64,000 bases of DNA from Casimicrobiaceae bacterium. Lineage in GTDB: Bacteria; Pseudomonadota; Gammaproteobacteria; Burkholderiales; Casimicrobiaceae. Location of the stretch: contig DATJVX010000061.1 in the NCBI GenBank assembly GCA_035501595.1, forward strand, positions 66,233 through 130,232, in the 5' to 3' direction. Shown here piece after piece: positions 54,402 through 63,885 of this stretch; the first letter of the stretch is position 1; each line of letters begins with the position of its first letter. The position numbers and the translations under genes were made by a program. The notes beneath the pieces were generated by a model, which saw nothing but the letters and a program-made list of their open reading frames with translations, had not been told where the DNA came from and did no database searches.

Positions 54402-54992
54402 TCAGGGCCCGAGGTTGCCGATGTACTGCGACAGGTTCTCGATGTCCGCGTCGGACAGGCCGGCAGCGACGCTGGTCATGTTGCCGGCGTCGTTGGTGCG
54501 CCGCTTCGCCCTGAAGTCCTCGAGCTGCTTCTTGACGTACTGCGGCCACTGCCCGGCCGCGCGCGGGATCTCGTTCTGGCCGACGAAGCCGCCCAGGTGG
54601 CACATCGGGCAAAGGGCCGCGTCGGATACCTTGCGCCCCGCTTCGATCTTGGCGCCGTCGAACTGGAACTTGATCGGCGCCTGCTTCTGGGCCGCGAAAT
54701 AGTTGCCGAGCGCGACCATGTCGTCCTGCGACAGGCTCGCGGCCATCGGCGACATCTGCGGATCGCTGCGGCGGCCTTCCTTGAAGTCCTTGAGCTCGAT
54801 GTAGATGTAGCGCCAGCTCTGTCCGGCCAGGATCGGATACTGCGGATCCAGCGAATTGCCTCCCTCGCCGTGACAGGCCGCGCAGATCTTGGCTTTCTCC
54901 TGCGCGGCGGCCAGCTGCGCAGGATCGGGCTGGGCAAGCGCGGGCGCAGCGGCGGCGATCGCGCCCAGCACGGCGAACGAGGCTCGGATCAT
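54402..54992 (-). CDS. dihaem c-type cytochrome (c4-like), periplasmic
   Basis: MIRASFAVLGAIAAAAPALAQ signal peptide, and two haem motifs, CAACH and CPMCH. ATG 54992; the listed ORF 54402..55787 is extended through the ADH antisense frame. Confidence 0.88.
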   Translation of the reverse strand: MIRASFAVLGAIAAAAPALAQPDPAQLAAAQEKAKICAACHGEGGNSLDPQYPILAGQSWRYIYIELKDFKEGRRSDPQMSPMAASLSQDDMVALGNYFAAQKQAPIKFQFDGAKIEAGRKVSDAALCPMCHLGGFVGQNEIPRAAGQWPQYVKKQLEDFRAKRRTNDAGNMTSVAAGLSDADIENLSQYIGNLGP

Positions 54993-54997
54993 GGATG

Positions 54998-55036
54998 AAA
55001 AAACGCGGCCACCCGGGCTGACCCGAGCTAGCCGCG
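54998..55036 (-). terminator. Rho-independent terminator / attenuator between the PQQ-ADH and cytochrome c genes
   Basis: Minus strand reads CGCGGC-(21 nt, internally self-pairing CGGG..CCCG)-GCCGCG followed by TTTTTT. The T tract ends 5 nt before the cytochrome ATG. Confidence 0.6.
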
Positions 55037-55060
55037 TTTGGTTTGGGGGCCCCTGGCGGC

Positions 55061-56785
55061 CTAGGGCAGCGCGAAGACGAACACGCTGTTGCCGCGCTTG
55101 GCGTCGATCTGGTTGTTGCCGCCGGCGGCGACGGCGACGTACTGCTTGCCGCCTACCGTGTACGAAACGGCCGGGGCGTTGACGCCGGCGCCGCAGTTGT
55201 ACTTCCAGAGCTCCCTGCCGTCCTTGGCATCGTAGGCCTTGAACCAGCCGTTGGCCTCGCCATTGAACACCAGGTTGCCCGCCGTGGCGAGCACGCCGCC
55301 GATCAGCGGCTGCGGCGTCGTGACGCTCCAGGCCACCTTTCCCGTGTCGAGGTTCACGGCGACCAGCCGCCCGGATTGCTGCTCGGTCGGGATCACCTTG
55401 AACGCGCCGCCGAGCCACAGCTTCCCGCCGGGGTAGGCCGCCTCCTCGACCTGGTAGGTCATCGGCTGGTGCAGGTTCGCCGCGTAGGCGAAGTGCAGCG
55501 TGGGATTCACCGCCATCGGCGACCATTCCACGCCGCCGTTCGCGCCCGGCAGCATGCGCGCGCCCTCCTTGGTGGGCAGCACCCACATGTTCTCCTGCGG
55601 CACCATCGCCTGCGAGAAGCGGATCAGCTTGCCGGTGTTGCGGTCGTGCACGTAGATGTGGCCGGTCTTGCCGCCGTGGATCACGACGTCCACCATCCTG
55701 CCGCTCGCGTCGCGCGCCTGCGTCAGGATCGGCGGGCTGACCGCGTCGAGGTCCCAGAGGTCGTGGGCGATGTACTGGAAGTGCCACTTGTACGTGCCCT
55801 TGTCGAGGTCGATCGCGACCATCGAGTCGGTGTACAGGTTGTCGCCCGGGCGGATCGCACCGTAGAGGTCAGGCGAGGGATTGCCGACGACGAAGAAGAT
55901 GGTGCGCGTCTTCTTGTCGATCGCCGGCGTCATCCAGACCCCTCCGCCCAGCTTGTCGAAGAAGGAGCTGTCCTTGGCGAACGCGGCCTTCTCCGCCGCG
56001 ATGTCGCGGTGCATGTCGCGGCCGGTCGCATCCTTCGGGTCCCACACGCCTTCGTGGCCCTTCTCCGGGATCGTGTAGAAGGTCCAGAGCAGCTTGCCGT
56101 CGTTGGCGTCGTACGCCTTCACGAAGCCGCGGATGCCGTACTCGCCGCCGTTGGTGCCGATGATGACCTTGCCGTCGACCACCGCGGGCGCCATCGTCTC
56201 GGAGTAGCCCTTGTCCGGGTCGGCGATCTGCGTCTCCCAGAGAACCTTGCCGGTCTTGGCATCGAGCGCCACCAGCTTGGCATCGATCGTCCCCATGAAG
56301 AGCTTGCCTTCGGAGATCGCCACACCGCGGTTGTTGTTGCCGCAGCACACCGTGACGATCGGCCCGAGCTTGTGCTTGTAGTGCCAGAACTCCTCGCCGG
56401 TCGTGGCGTCGATCGCGTAGACGTGGTTGAACGACGTCGTGAGGAACATCACGCCGTTGTCGACGATCGGCGCGGTCTCCATCGACTCGAGCACCGCGGT
56501 CTGGAACACGAACGCCGGCCGCAAATGGCTGACGTTGTCCGTGGTGAGCTGCTTGCCGGGGTAGAAGCGGGTCTGCTCGTAGCTGCCGTTCGGATGCAGC
56601 CAGTTCTTGCTGTCCTTGCCGGCGCCGTCGAGCATCGCCTGCGAGATCGGCGCCAGATTCGCCGACATCGCCCGTGACGTGGTCGTCGCGCCGGCAGCCA
56701 TCTCCTGTGCGCCGCTGATTCCGGGCGCCAGCACGCAAGCGGTTGCAACGGCGGCAGCACCCAAGCCGTAGAAACGAGCTGACAT
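55061..56785 (-). CDS. PQQ-dependent alcohol dehydrogenase (methanol/ethanol family), predicted lanthanide-type
   Basis: [28 protein letters not shown] signal peptide; ATG 56785 after GGAGGG. Vicinal Cys ring [22 protein letters not shown], and catalytic region HDLWDLDA (WDLD at 55745-55756). Confidence 0.92.
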   Translation of the reverse strand: MSARFYGLGAAAVATACVLAPGISGAQEMAAGATTTSRAMSANLAPISQAMLDGAGKDSKNWLHPNGSYEQTRFYPGKQLTTDNVSHLRPAFVFQTAVLESMETAPIVDNGVMFLTTSFNHVYAIDATTGEEFWHYKHKLGPIVTVCCGNNNRGVAISEGKLFMGTIDAKLVALDAKTGKVLWETQIADPDKGYSETMAPAVVDGKVIIGTNGGEYGIRGFVKAYDANDGKLLWTFYTIPEKGHEGVWDPKDATGRDMHRDIAAEKAAFAKDSSFFDKLGGGVWMTPAIDKKTRTIFFVVGNPSPDLYGAIRPGDNLYTDSMVAIDLDKGTYKWHFQYIAHDLWDLDAVSPPILTQARDASGRMVDVVIHGGKTGHIYVHDRNTGKLIRFSQAMVPQENMWVLPTKEGARMLPGANGGVEWSPMAVNPTLHFAYAANLHQPMTYQVEEAAYPGGKLWLGGAFKVIPTEQQSGRLVAVNLDTGKVAWSVTTPQPLIGGVLATAGNLVFNGEANGWFKAYDAKDGRELWKYNCGAGVNAPAVSYTVGGKQYVAVAAGGNNQIDAKRGNSVFVFALP

Positions 56786-56964
56786 AGACCCTCCTCTGAT
56801 GAGCTGTGTCCTCGTCGGCGCCACCTTGCCCGCCAGCGCCGGGAATTTTTCCCTGCGGGGAGCACTTATAGTCGAAAATATTGGGCAATGCAAACTCGCC
56901 GGCCAGCGCCTCGCCGGCGATGAGGCCAGAATCGCAAGGCCGGGGCGCTTGAGGAGTCGGATCG

Positions 56965-57627
56965 ATGTTTTGTGCGCGTGCTGCACTTGCCTGCTCGTTC
57001 CTCGCCGTCGTTGGCATCGCGCTCCACGGCGCGGCGGCTCAGGATGCGAGCCCGAACCTGCAGTTGCTCGCGGCAGCGCGCGCCGGCGACTCCGCGGGCG
57101 TGACGCGGGCGCTGGCCGGCGGCGCGACACCCGATGCACGCAACCGGGATGGGGAGACCGCGCTGGTCATCGCGCTGAAGGCCGGGCGCCCGGAGATCGC
57201 CCGCCAGATGCTCGACGCCGGTACCGACGTCAACCTCGCCGCCGCCAACGGCGTCACGCCTCTAATGGCCGCCGCGTACGCCGGCCAGACCGAGATCGCC
57301 CGCGCGCTGCTGGCGAAAGGCGCGGCGCTCGACACGGTCGACCGGCTCAAGAAGAACGCGATGACCTACGCCGCGGGCCAGGGGAGCACCGAGATCGTCC
57401 GCCTGCTGCTCGCCCAAGGGGTCGATCCGAACGCCACGTACGCGCACGACTTGACGGCGCTCATGTGGGCCGCGGGCTACGGCCAGACCGAGACGGTGCG
57501 AGCGCTCCTCGCGGCCGGCGCGCGGACCGAGGCCCGGGACGATCGCGGCAAGAGCGCGCTGGACATCGCCCGCGAAGGCAATTTTGCCGAGACCGTGAAG
57601 ATCCTCGAGGCCGCGGTCAAGACCTAG
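56965..57627 (+). CDS. periplasmic ankyrin-repeat protein
   Basis: 220 aa with signal peptide [26 protein letters not shown] and about 5 ankyrin repeats ([53 protein letters not shown]...). Confidence 0.88.
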   Translation: MFCARAALACSFLAVVGIALHGAAAQDASPNLQLLAAARAGDSAGVTRALAGGATPDARNRDGETALVIALKAGRPEIARQMLDAGTDVNLAAANGVTPLMAAAYAGQTEIARALLAKGAALDTVDRLKKNAMTYAAGQGSTEIVRLLLAQGVDPNATYAHDLTALMWAAGYGQTETVRALLAAGARTEARDDRGKSALDIAREGNFAETVKILEAAVKT

Positions 57628-57736
57628 AGTCGCCCCGCGTGACTGGAGTCGCCCGTGGCCGGCACCGCGCGAACCCCGAGAGGGACCGACGGCGGGACGC
57701 CGCGAGGTTCGCTGCGCTCAGCCTCGGGCTGCGTAC

Positions 57737-58288
57737 CTACGCGCCCAGCCCCCATGGCCACATGCGGCGGACCAGCCCGTCGCGATCGATCAGCGCGTGC
57801 TTGAGCGCACCCGCGACGTGGAGCGCGATCGCCGCGAGCAGGACCCCGCTGTTGACAAGGTGCACGACGGCCATCGCCTCCTTCAGCGCATCGCTCTTCG
57901 GCCCCCACGCAGGCAGCACGTAGCCGTAGATCCTGACCGGATAGCCGCTGAACATCGAGCCCAGGTAGCCGCTCAAGGGCTGGATGAACAGGCAGACATA
58001 GAGAAGCGCGTGCACGGCGCGCGCGGTCCGCGCCTGCCAGCACGGCATCGGCGGCAGACCCGGCGCGGGGTGCGCCGCCCGCCAGGCGCTGCGCAGGACC
58101 ATCAGGAGCAGGATGGTGAGCCCGATCGACTTGTGCAGGTTGAACGCGTCGACGCGCGGACCGACGGGCACCTTGGGAATCGACTGCATCGACCAGCCGA
58201 GGACGATCATCCCGACGACCAGCGCGGCGATCAGCCAGTGCAGCGCGGCCGCCGTCGCGGTGTAGCGGGCGCGATCAGAACTTGGCAT
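57737..58288 (-). CDS. cytochrome b561 family membrane protein (CybB-like)
   Basis: 183 aa: RYTATAAALHWLIAALVV ... LHKSIGLTILLL ... HALLYVCLF ... HVAGALKH (four TM helices with conserved His ligands). Overlaps the upstream TonB receptor gene by 14 nt. Confidence 0.9.
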   Translation of the reverse strand: MPSSDRARYTATAAALHWLIAALVVGMIVLGWSMQSIPKVPVGPRVDAFNLHKSIGLTILLLMVLRSAWRAAHPAPGLPPMPCWQARTARAVHALLYVCLFIQPLSGYLGSMFSGYPVRIYGYVLPAWGPKSDALKEAMAVVHLVNSGVLLAAIALHVAGALKHALIDRDGLVRRMWPWGLGA

Positions 58289-60371
58289 TGGCGGTCAGCC
58301 CGGCGAGGAAGTTGCGCCCGGGCGACGGCTCGAAGAACCGGGAATTGGTGTCGCCGACGATCACGGATCCGGAATAATTGCGGTCGAAGAGATTGTTCAC
58401 CCGCGCGAACTCGCGGAAAGTCCACGCGCCGGCGGACTGCTCGAAGCCGAGGCGCAGGTTGGCGATCGCATAGCTCGGAGCCGCGTCCGTGTTGCGGTCG
58501 TTGACGTAGACCTTGCCGGCGTACTGGCCTTCGATCCCCGCCGAGATCCCGTACCACTCGGGCCGCGCCCAGGCGAGCTCCGCGTATCCGGTCGCCTGCG
58601 GCACCCCCGGCAGGCGGTTGCCCGCCGGAATCACCTGCGGCGGCTGACCCGTCGTCGCATCCGAAGCGAACTCCGCCGACAGGTACGTGTACATGGCGTA
58701 GGCGTTGAAGCCGTTCCCCAGCGGCGCGTCCCACTCGGCCTCGATGCCGCGGCGGCGTGTCTTGCTCGCGTTCTTGTACGTCGTCCGGCCGCCCGTCGCG
58801 GTGTCGATCACGATCTCGTCCGAGGTGCGCGTCGTGAAGACCGAGATGTTGATGCGCTGGCGGCCGAGCAGATAGGCCTTGATGCCGGCTTCCGCCGAGC
58901 GGCTGACGGCGGGCTGAAGGGCGAAGTTGAGCCCGCTTCCCGAGTCCTGATAGGCGAGCTCGATGAAGCTCGGCGTCTCGAAGCCCTCGCCCCAGTTCAC
59001 GTAGAAGTTGACGTCGGCGGCGACATGCCAGACCGCTCCGGCGACCGGCGTGAAGCGGTTGTAGTGGACGCGGCCGCTGTCGTCGGGGTTCGTATCGGTG
59101 ATGTAGTGATCGACCGAGTTGAATCTGACGTCGCTGTAGCGCGCGCCGAGGAGAAACGAGAGCGGTCCGGCCGGCGACCACTCCGCCTGCACGTAGGCGT
59201 CGGTGGAGTTGACGAAGTCGTCCTCGTCGCGCCGCAGGTCGCCAAGATCGCCGTTGTTGTTGACGAAGCCCTTGCGGCGCTGGTGCTGGGTGTCGTAGGC
59301 CGTTCCCACGGTGAACGTGACCGGCCCTCCGCCGGCCATGAATCCCGCGCTCACCCGCGCGTCGATGCCGTCGAAGTCACCGTTGAGGTCGGTCACGCCG
59401 CCGGAGGAGGTCGCGCCGTTGCCGTTGAGCGCGAGGTACTGGCGCACCAGCCGCCTTCCGCCGTAGCCTGTGATCCGCAACTGCGCGTCCGCGCCGAGCT
59501 GGCGCTCGAAGGTCGCGCCGCCCTGAGTCTGGTTGACGGTCTTGCGCGTGTTGAACTGCTCGGCGGACGGGTCGACCTGGCGCGGATCGGCCTCCCATTG
59601 CGCGCGGGTGAGTCCCAGGGGATCCTGCGCCTCCGGCTGGTAGAGGGAATTTCCGATCAGGGTGATGCGCGTATCCGGATCGACGTCGAAGCCGACCTTC
59701 GCATTGAGGAGGCTGCGCGAAGCTTCGCTGTGGTCGCGATAGCCGTCGGTCGCGAAGTGGTTGCCGGCGACGACGTAGTTCACGCCACGGTAGATGCCGC
59801 CGGCCTTGGCGATCGCGTTGTACGTGCCATAGCTCCCGCCCACGATCTGTGCCTGGGCCTGCGGAGGATCGGTGCCGTCCTCGGTGAACACCGAGATCAC
59901 GCCGCCCGCGGCGTTGCCATACAGCGTCGAGAACGGGCCGCGCAGCACCTCGATGCGCTTGGCGGACGCTAGGCTGAAGCTCCCGCTCTGGCCCTGGCCG
60001 TCGGGCATCGTCGCGGGAATGTTGTCCTGGTAGAGCCGGACGCCGCGCACGCCGAAGTTGGCACGCGCGCCGAAGCCCCGTATCGACACCTGCAGGTCCT
60101 GCGCGTAGTTGTTGCGATTGGCCACGACCACGCCCGGAACGCGCACCAGAGTCTCGGACAGGTTGAGCTCGAGCTGGTTTCGCTGGATCAGCAGCGCGTC
60201 GATGCTGTCGATCGCCACCGGGACGTCGAAAGAGCGCTCCTCGTGGCGCGTCGCCGTGACGACCACCGGATCGAGGCGCTCCGGAACCTGCGCCGCGGCC
60301 GGCGCAATCGTCAGCGCCGCGCTCACGGCCGCCGCGCGCAGCTGCCGCGCCGCATTCCCTCGACGGTTCAT
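58275..60371 (-). CDS. TonB-dependent outer-membrane receptor
   Basis: MNRRGNAARQLRAAAVSAALTIAPAAAQ signal peptide, TonB-box/plug (LDPVVVTATR, RIEVLRGPFSTLYGNAAGGVISV), and a beta-barrel ending in ...LTANAKF. ATG 60371; the listed ORF extends to 60551. Confidence 0.92.
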   Translation of the reverse strand: MNRRGNAARQLRAAAVSAALTIAPAAAQVPERLDPVVVTATRHEERSFDVPVAIDSIDALLIQRNQLELNLSETLVRVPGVVVANRNNYAQDLQVSIRGFGARANFGVRGVRLYQDNIPATMPDGQGQSGSFSLASAKRIEVLRGPFSTLYGNAAGGVISVFTEDGTDPPQAQAQIVGGSYGTYNAIAKAGGIYRGVNYVVAGNHFATDGYRDHSEASRSLLNAKVGFDVDPDTRITLIGNSLYQPEAQDPLGLTRAQWEADPRQVDPSAEQFNTRKTVNQTQGGATFERQLGADAQLRITGYGGRRLVRQYLALNGNGATSSGGVTDLNGDFDGIDARVSAGFMAGGGPVTFTVGTAYDTQHQRRKGFVNNNGDLGDLRRDEDDFVNSTDAYVQAEWSPAGPLSFLLGARYSDVRFNSVDHYITDTNPDDSGRVHYNRFTPVAGAVWHVAADVNFYVNWGEGFETPSFIELAYQDSGSGLNFALQPAVSRSAEAGIKAYLLGRQRINISVFTTRTSDEIVIDTATGGRTTYKNASKTRRRGIEAEWDAPLGNGFNAYAMYTYLSAEFASDATTGQPPQVIPAGNRLPGVPQATGYAELAWARPEWYGISAGIEGQYAGKVYVNDRNTDAAPSYAIANLRLGFEQSAGAWTFREFARVNNLFDRNYSGSVIVGDTNSRFFEPSPGRNFLAGLTANAKF

Positions 60372-60490
60372 CGTGTCCTGGGCGATCCCTTTGCGGCAGA
60401 CCGGCCGCAAGCACCGGCGTAGGATAGCCGATCGTCGACGGCGCTTCCAATACCGCAGCGTGCTCGCGACCACGCGGAGATGACCTGGCG

Positions 60491-61765
60491 ATGAGCGATC
60501 CGATCGAACGCCGCAGGGACGGGCGTGGCGTCCGAGCTTCCGTTGCCGCACCCCGGGCGGAGCACTCGATGCGGCCGGCGAGCGTGCCGCGCACGATGCT
60601 CGCGCCGCTCCTCGCCGGTCTGGCGGGCCTCGCGCCGTTCGCCCTGGATACCTATCTCGTCGCCTTTCCCGAGATCGCGGGCACGTTCGGCACCGATCGA
60701 CCGAGCGTACAGCAGTCCCTGACCAGCTACCTCGCGCCCTACGCCGTGATGATGCTCGTGCACGGCCCGCTCTCCGATCGCTACGGCCGGCGCGCTTCGA
60801 TCATCGGGGCCCTGCTCGTCTTCTGCGCGGCGACCTTCGGTTGCGCAACGGCGCAGAGCATCGATGTCTTCCTCGGCTGCCGCGCGCTGCAGGGCATTTC
60901 GGTCGGCGCGACGACCGTGGTGGGCCGCGCGCTGGTCCGCGATCTCTACGAGGGTGCCGAGGCGCAGCGCGTGTTCGCGCATGTGAACCTGATGTTCACG
61001 CTCGCGCCGGTCGCGGCGCCGATCGTCGGGGCTTGCCTGCTGGCGATCGGGGGATGGCGGTCGATCTTCTGGTTCCTGCTCGCCTATCCCATGGCGCTCG
61101 TCGGGGCGAGCTGGCGCTGGCTGCCGGAGACACTACCCGCGTCGAGCCGGGTCGCGCTCAGGCTCGCCGCTATCCCCGGACATCTGACGACGCTGGTGCG
61201 CAGTCCTCGCTTCGGAGCGCTCGTGCTGATGGCGGCGGCGAGCTTCTGCGGCTTCTTCGTCTACGTGCTTGCCGCCCCGAGCTTCATGCGTGACCTTCTC
61301 GCGCTCGAGCCCCGGCAGTTCGGCTGGCTGTTCCTCGCGACCGCCAGCGGGACGATGCTCGGCTCGTGGTGGGCGGGCCGCCGCGCAGGCAGGCACCCGG
61401 CCGGCGCCACCATCAGACTCGGCCTCGCCCTCGGCGCTCTGGCGGCCTGCGCCAACGTCGCGTACCACGCGGCGCTGCCGCCCGCGCTGCCCTGGAGCCT
61501 CCTCCCGCTCACGCTGTACTGCTGCGGCAACGGGCTCCTGCTGCCCGCAGCGACGCTGTCCATCCTCGATGCTTCGCCGCTGCCCCGGGGCGCGACCTCC
61601 TCGCTGCAGAGCTTCGCGCAGATCGCCTGCGCGGCGATCACCTCGGCGCTGGTCGTGCCGCTCGCCGCCAGCTCCGCCGCGTGGCTCGCGTGGGCGATGC
61701 TCGCCTGGTGGCTGCTCGCCGTCGCCTGCTGGCTTGCGGGCAGGCCGCTTACATCCCCTCGCTGA
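60491..61765 (+). CDS. MFS transporter, Bcr/CflA drug-resistance subfamily
   Basis: ...LAPFALDTYLVAFPEIAGTFG...GPLSDRYGRR...LQGISVGA. Start uncertain: ATG 60491 is listed, but ATG 60569 (MRPASVPRTMLAPLL) is equally plausible. Confidence 0.88.
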   Translation: MSDPIERRRDGRGVRASVAAPRAEHSMRPASVPRTMLAPLLAGLAGLAPFALDTYLVAFPEIAGTFGTDRPSVQQSLTSYLAPYAVMMLVHGPLSDRYGRRASIIGALLVFCAATFGCATAQSIDVFLGCRALQGISVGATTVVGRALVRDLYEGAEAQRVFAHVNLMFTLAPVAAPIVGACLLAIGGWRSIFWFLLAYPMALVGASWRWLPETLPASSRVALRLAAIPGHLTTLVRSPRFGALVLMAAASFCGFFVYVLAAPSFMRDLLALEPRQFGWLFLATASGTMLGSWWAGRRAGRHPAGATIRLGLALGALAACANVAYHAALPPALPWSLLPLTLYCCGNGLLLPAATLSILDASPLPRGATSSLQSFAQIACAAITSALVVPLAASSAAWLAWAMLAWWLLAVACWLAGRPLTSPR

Positions 61766-62414
61766 GCAGTCCCGAGCGCAGCGCGGTCAGGGTCAGCTCC
61801 GCGGCGTTCTGCGCGCCGAGCTTCTGCTTGACGTTGTAGAGGTGCGTGCCGACCGTCCGCGGGCTCAAGGACAGGAGCTCCGCGATCTGCACAACGCTCC
61901 GGCCTTCGGCGAGGTGCAGGAAGACCTCGAATTCGCGCTCCGACAGCAGGTCGACCGGTCCGGCCACGCCCTTCGCTCCCTGGACCGCGAGCTTCTGGGC
62001 GATCCCCGGCTCGAGATAGGTCCGCCCCTGCGCGACCGCGTGCACGGCCTGCAGGAGCTCGCCCGGCGCGCCGCGCTTGGAAAGATAGCCGAGAGCGCCG
62101 GCGTGCATCGCGCGCCGTGGGTAGCTCGTGTTCTCGTGCGCGGAGAGTACGAGAATGCGCGCCTCCGGGTCGCGGGCGCGGATGCGATTCATCGCCTCCA
62201 GCCCGCCCATTCCCGGCATCGCGATGTCCATCACCAGCACGTCCGGCGAGAGCTTGAAGTAGAGCGCACAGGCCTCCTCGCCGCTCTCGGCTTCGCCGAT
62301 CACCCGGCACTTGCCCGTCGTCTCCAGGAGCAGGCGGAAGCCCATGCGCACGATCGCATGGTCATCGGCCAGGATTACCGTCGTCGCCGCGCCGTCGGAG
62401 CCGACTGCCGCCAT
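61749..62414 (-). CDS. NarL/FixJ (LuxR-type HTH) response regulator
   Basis: 221 aa: receiver domain (VILADDHAIVR...VLVMDIAMPGMGG) plus GerE HTH (LSEREFEVFLHLAEGRSVVQIAELLSLSPRTVGTHLYNVKQKLG). Confidence 0.92.
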   Translation of the reverse strand: MAAVGSDGAATTVILADDHAIVRMGFRLLLETTGKCRVIGEAESGEEACALYFKLSPDVLVMDIAMPGMGGLEAMNRIRARDPEARILVLSAHENTSYPRRAMHAGALGYLSKRGAPGELLQAVHAVAQGRTYLEPGIAQKLAVQGAKGVAGPVDLLSEREFEVFLHLAEGRSVVQIAELLSLSPRTVGTHLYNVKQKLGAQNAAELTLTALRSGLLSEGM

Positions 62415-62427
62415 GGGCTTCGCGCTT

Positions 62428-63885
62428 TCAGTCCTGCGCCGCGGCCGCCAGCGGCAGCCTGGCGACGACGGCCAGGCCGCCGAGCCCCGCCCGGGCGAAG
62501 CTCAAGCTTCCTCCGAGGGATTCGATTCGCTCGCGCATGCCCCGAACGCCGAACCGGCCCGGCTTCGCCAGGTCCGTCTCCGCCACGCCGCTGCCGTCGT
62601 CTTCCACCCGCAGGGAAAGCTCCTCGGTCTGCGCCGCGACGCTGACCGCGCAGCGGGTCGCGCGGGCGTGCTTGACGACGTTGGTGAGGCTCTCCTGAGC
62701 GACGCGGTACAAAGCGATGGCCAGCTCGCCGGGGACGCCGTCGAGGCTGCCATCGATCGCGAGCTCGAAGGCGATGGCCGGATGATGCAGCCGGTGATCC
62801 TCGACCAGATCCCGCAGCGCTTCGGCGAGGCCGAGCTCGTCGAGTGCGAGCGGCCGCAGGCGCGGGATCAGCTCGCGCATGCCCTCCTGAAGTCCGACCG
62901 CGAGCTCCTCGATCATGCGGATCCTTCGCGTCGTCTCGTCGTCGCGCCCCGCAGCATCGATCGAGGCCGCGATCGACCGGATGGCGGTGACGGTCTGGCC
63001 AAGCTCGTCGTGCAGCTCGCGGGCGAGGAACCGCCGCTCCTCTTCCATGCGCTGCTGGATCACGCGCGCCAGCGCGCGTCCGTCGGCGAGCTGGGCGCGC
63101 GCCCGCTCCGCCTGCTCGCGGATGCGCATCGTCTCCTCCACCGCCGAGGCCATGCGGTTGAAGCTCTCTCCGATCTGTCGCGCTTCGCGCCCGCGCAGCA
63201 GCGGCAATCGCGTGTCGAGCGCTCCGCGCTCGATGTGCGACAGCGCGCCGGTGATGCGCTCGAGCGGCGCCACCGCCCGCCCCGTGAACCAGAAGACCGC
63301 CACGTTGACCACGACCAGGAATGCGCCGCAGATGAGCGCGAAGCGCTTGAGGTCGTCCCAGGCATCGAGGACCGATCGCGAGGCGTTCGGGGTCACGCTC
63401 AGCCTGCCGTCGCGCAGGAGGATCGTCGACGAACCGATCTGCGGCGTCATGAGCCGCGCGAACCAGGGCGGTGCGTCGCGCCCGGCCTTGTAGGTCGGGG
63501 GCGGCGAGCGATAAAGCACTTCACCGTCGTGCCCGGTGAGCTCGATCTCGTTGGCGCGGACCCGCCCGAGCTTGAGCAGGAACGCCCGGACGCTGGCCGC
63601 GTCGGAGCTCTGGTCGAGGCGGGCGATCTCCGTCAGCAGCTGGCCCGCGATGCGGCTCGAGGCTTCTATTTCCTCGGCGACCGACCGGCGCGAGTCGTCG
63701 ATTTCCAGCGCCACCAGCGCGCCGATGAACAGCAGCATCAGCACGGTCAAGGCACTGTTGATCTGCAGTCGCAGGCTCACCGGACCGAAGCGCCTCCTTT
63801 CGCCCACGCCGGTGCCGGCGTTTCCCGCCCGCGGAGCCAGGTCGGCGCCGAAATTCATGATTTTCATGAGCCCCATCGCGTGCAT
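62428..63885 (-). CDS. sensor histidine kinase (two TM, LapD/MoxY-like periplasmic domain, HAMP, HisKA_3, HATPase)
   Basis: TM1 ALTVLMLLFIGALVALEI; periplasmic part with PPWFARLM; TM2 plus HAMP; H-box FLARELHDELGQ; HATPase VEDDGSGV...GVRGMRERI. Start set at ATG 63885 because a TATTAT box (63922-63917) lies 4 nt before the listed GTG 63912. ATGs at 63876, 63867 and 63858 are also possible. Confidence 0.88.
   Translation of the reverse strand: MHAMGLMKIMNFGADLAPRAGNAGTGVGERRRFGPVSLRLQINSALTVLMLLFIGALVALEIDDSRRSVAEEIEASSRIAGQLLTEIARLDQSSDAASVRAFLLKLGRVRANEIELTGHDGEVLYRSPPPTYKAGRDAPPWFARLMTPQIGSSTILLRDGRLSVTPNASRSVLDAWDDLKRFALICGAFLVVVNVAVFWFTGRAVAPLERITGALSHIERGALDTRLPLLRGREARQIGESFNRMASAVEETMRIREQAERARAQLADGRALARVIQQRMEEERRFLARELHDELGQTVTAIRSIAASIDAAGRDDETTRRIRMIEELAVGLQEGMRELIPRLRPLALDELGLAEALRDLVEDHRLHHPAIAFELAIDGSLDGVPGELAIALYRVAQESLTNVVKHARATRCAVSVAAQTEELSLRVEDDGSGVAETDLAKPGRFGVRGMRERIESLGGSLSFARAGLGGLAVVARLPLAAAAQD

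Noticed and set aside
57626-57653. 9-bp direct repeat GAGTCGCCC (57626-57634 and 57645-57653) after the ankyrin gene.
   Set aside because: It is short, occurs only twice, and could easily arise by chance in GC-rich sequence.
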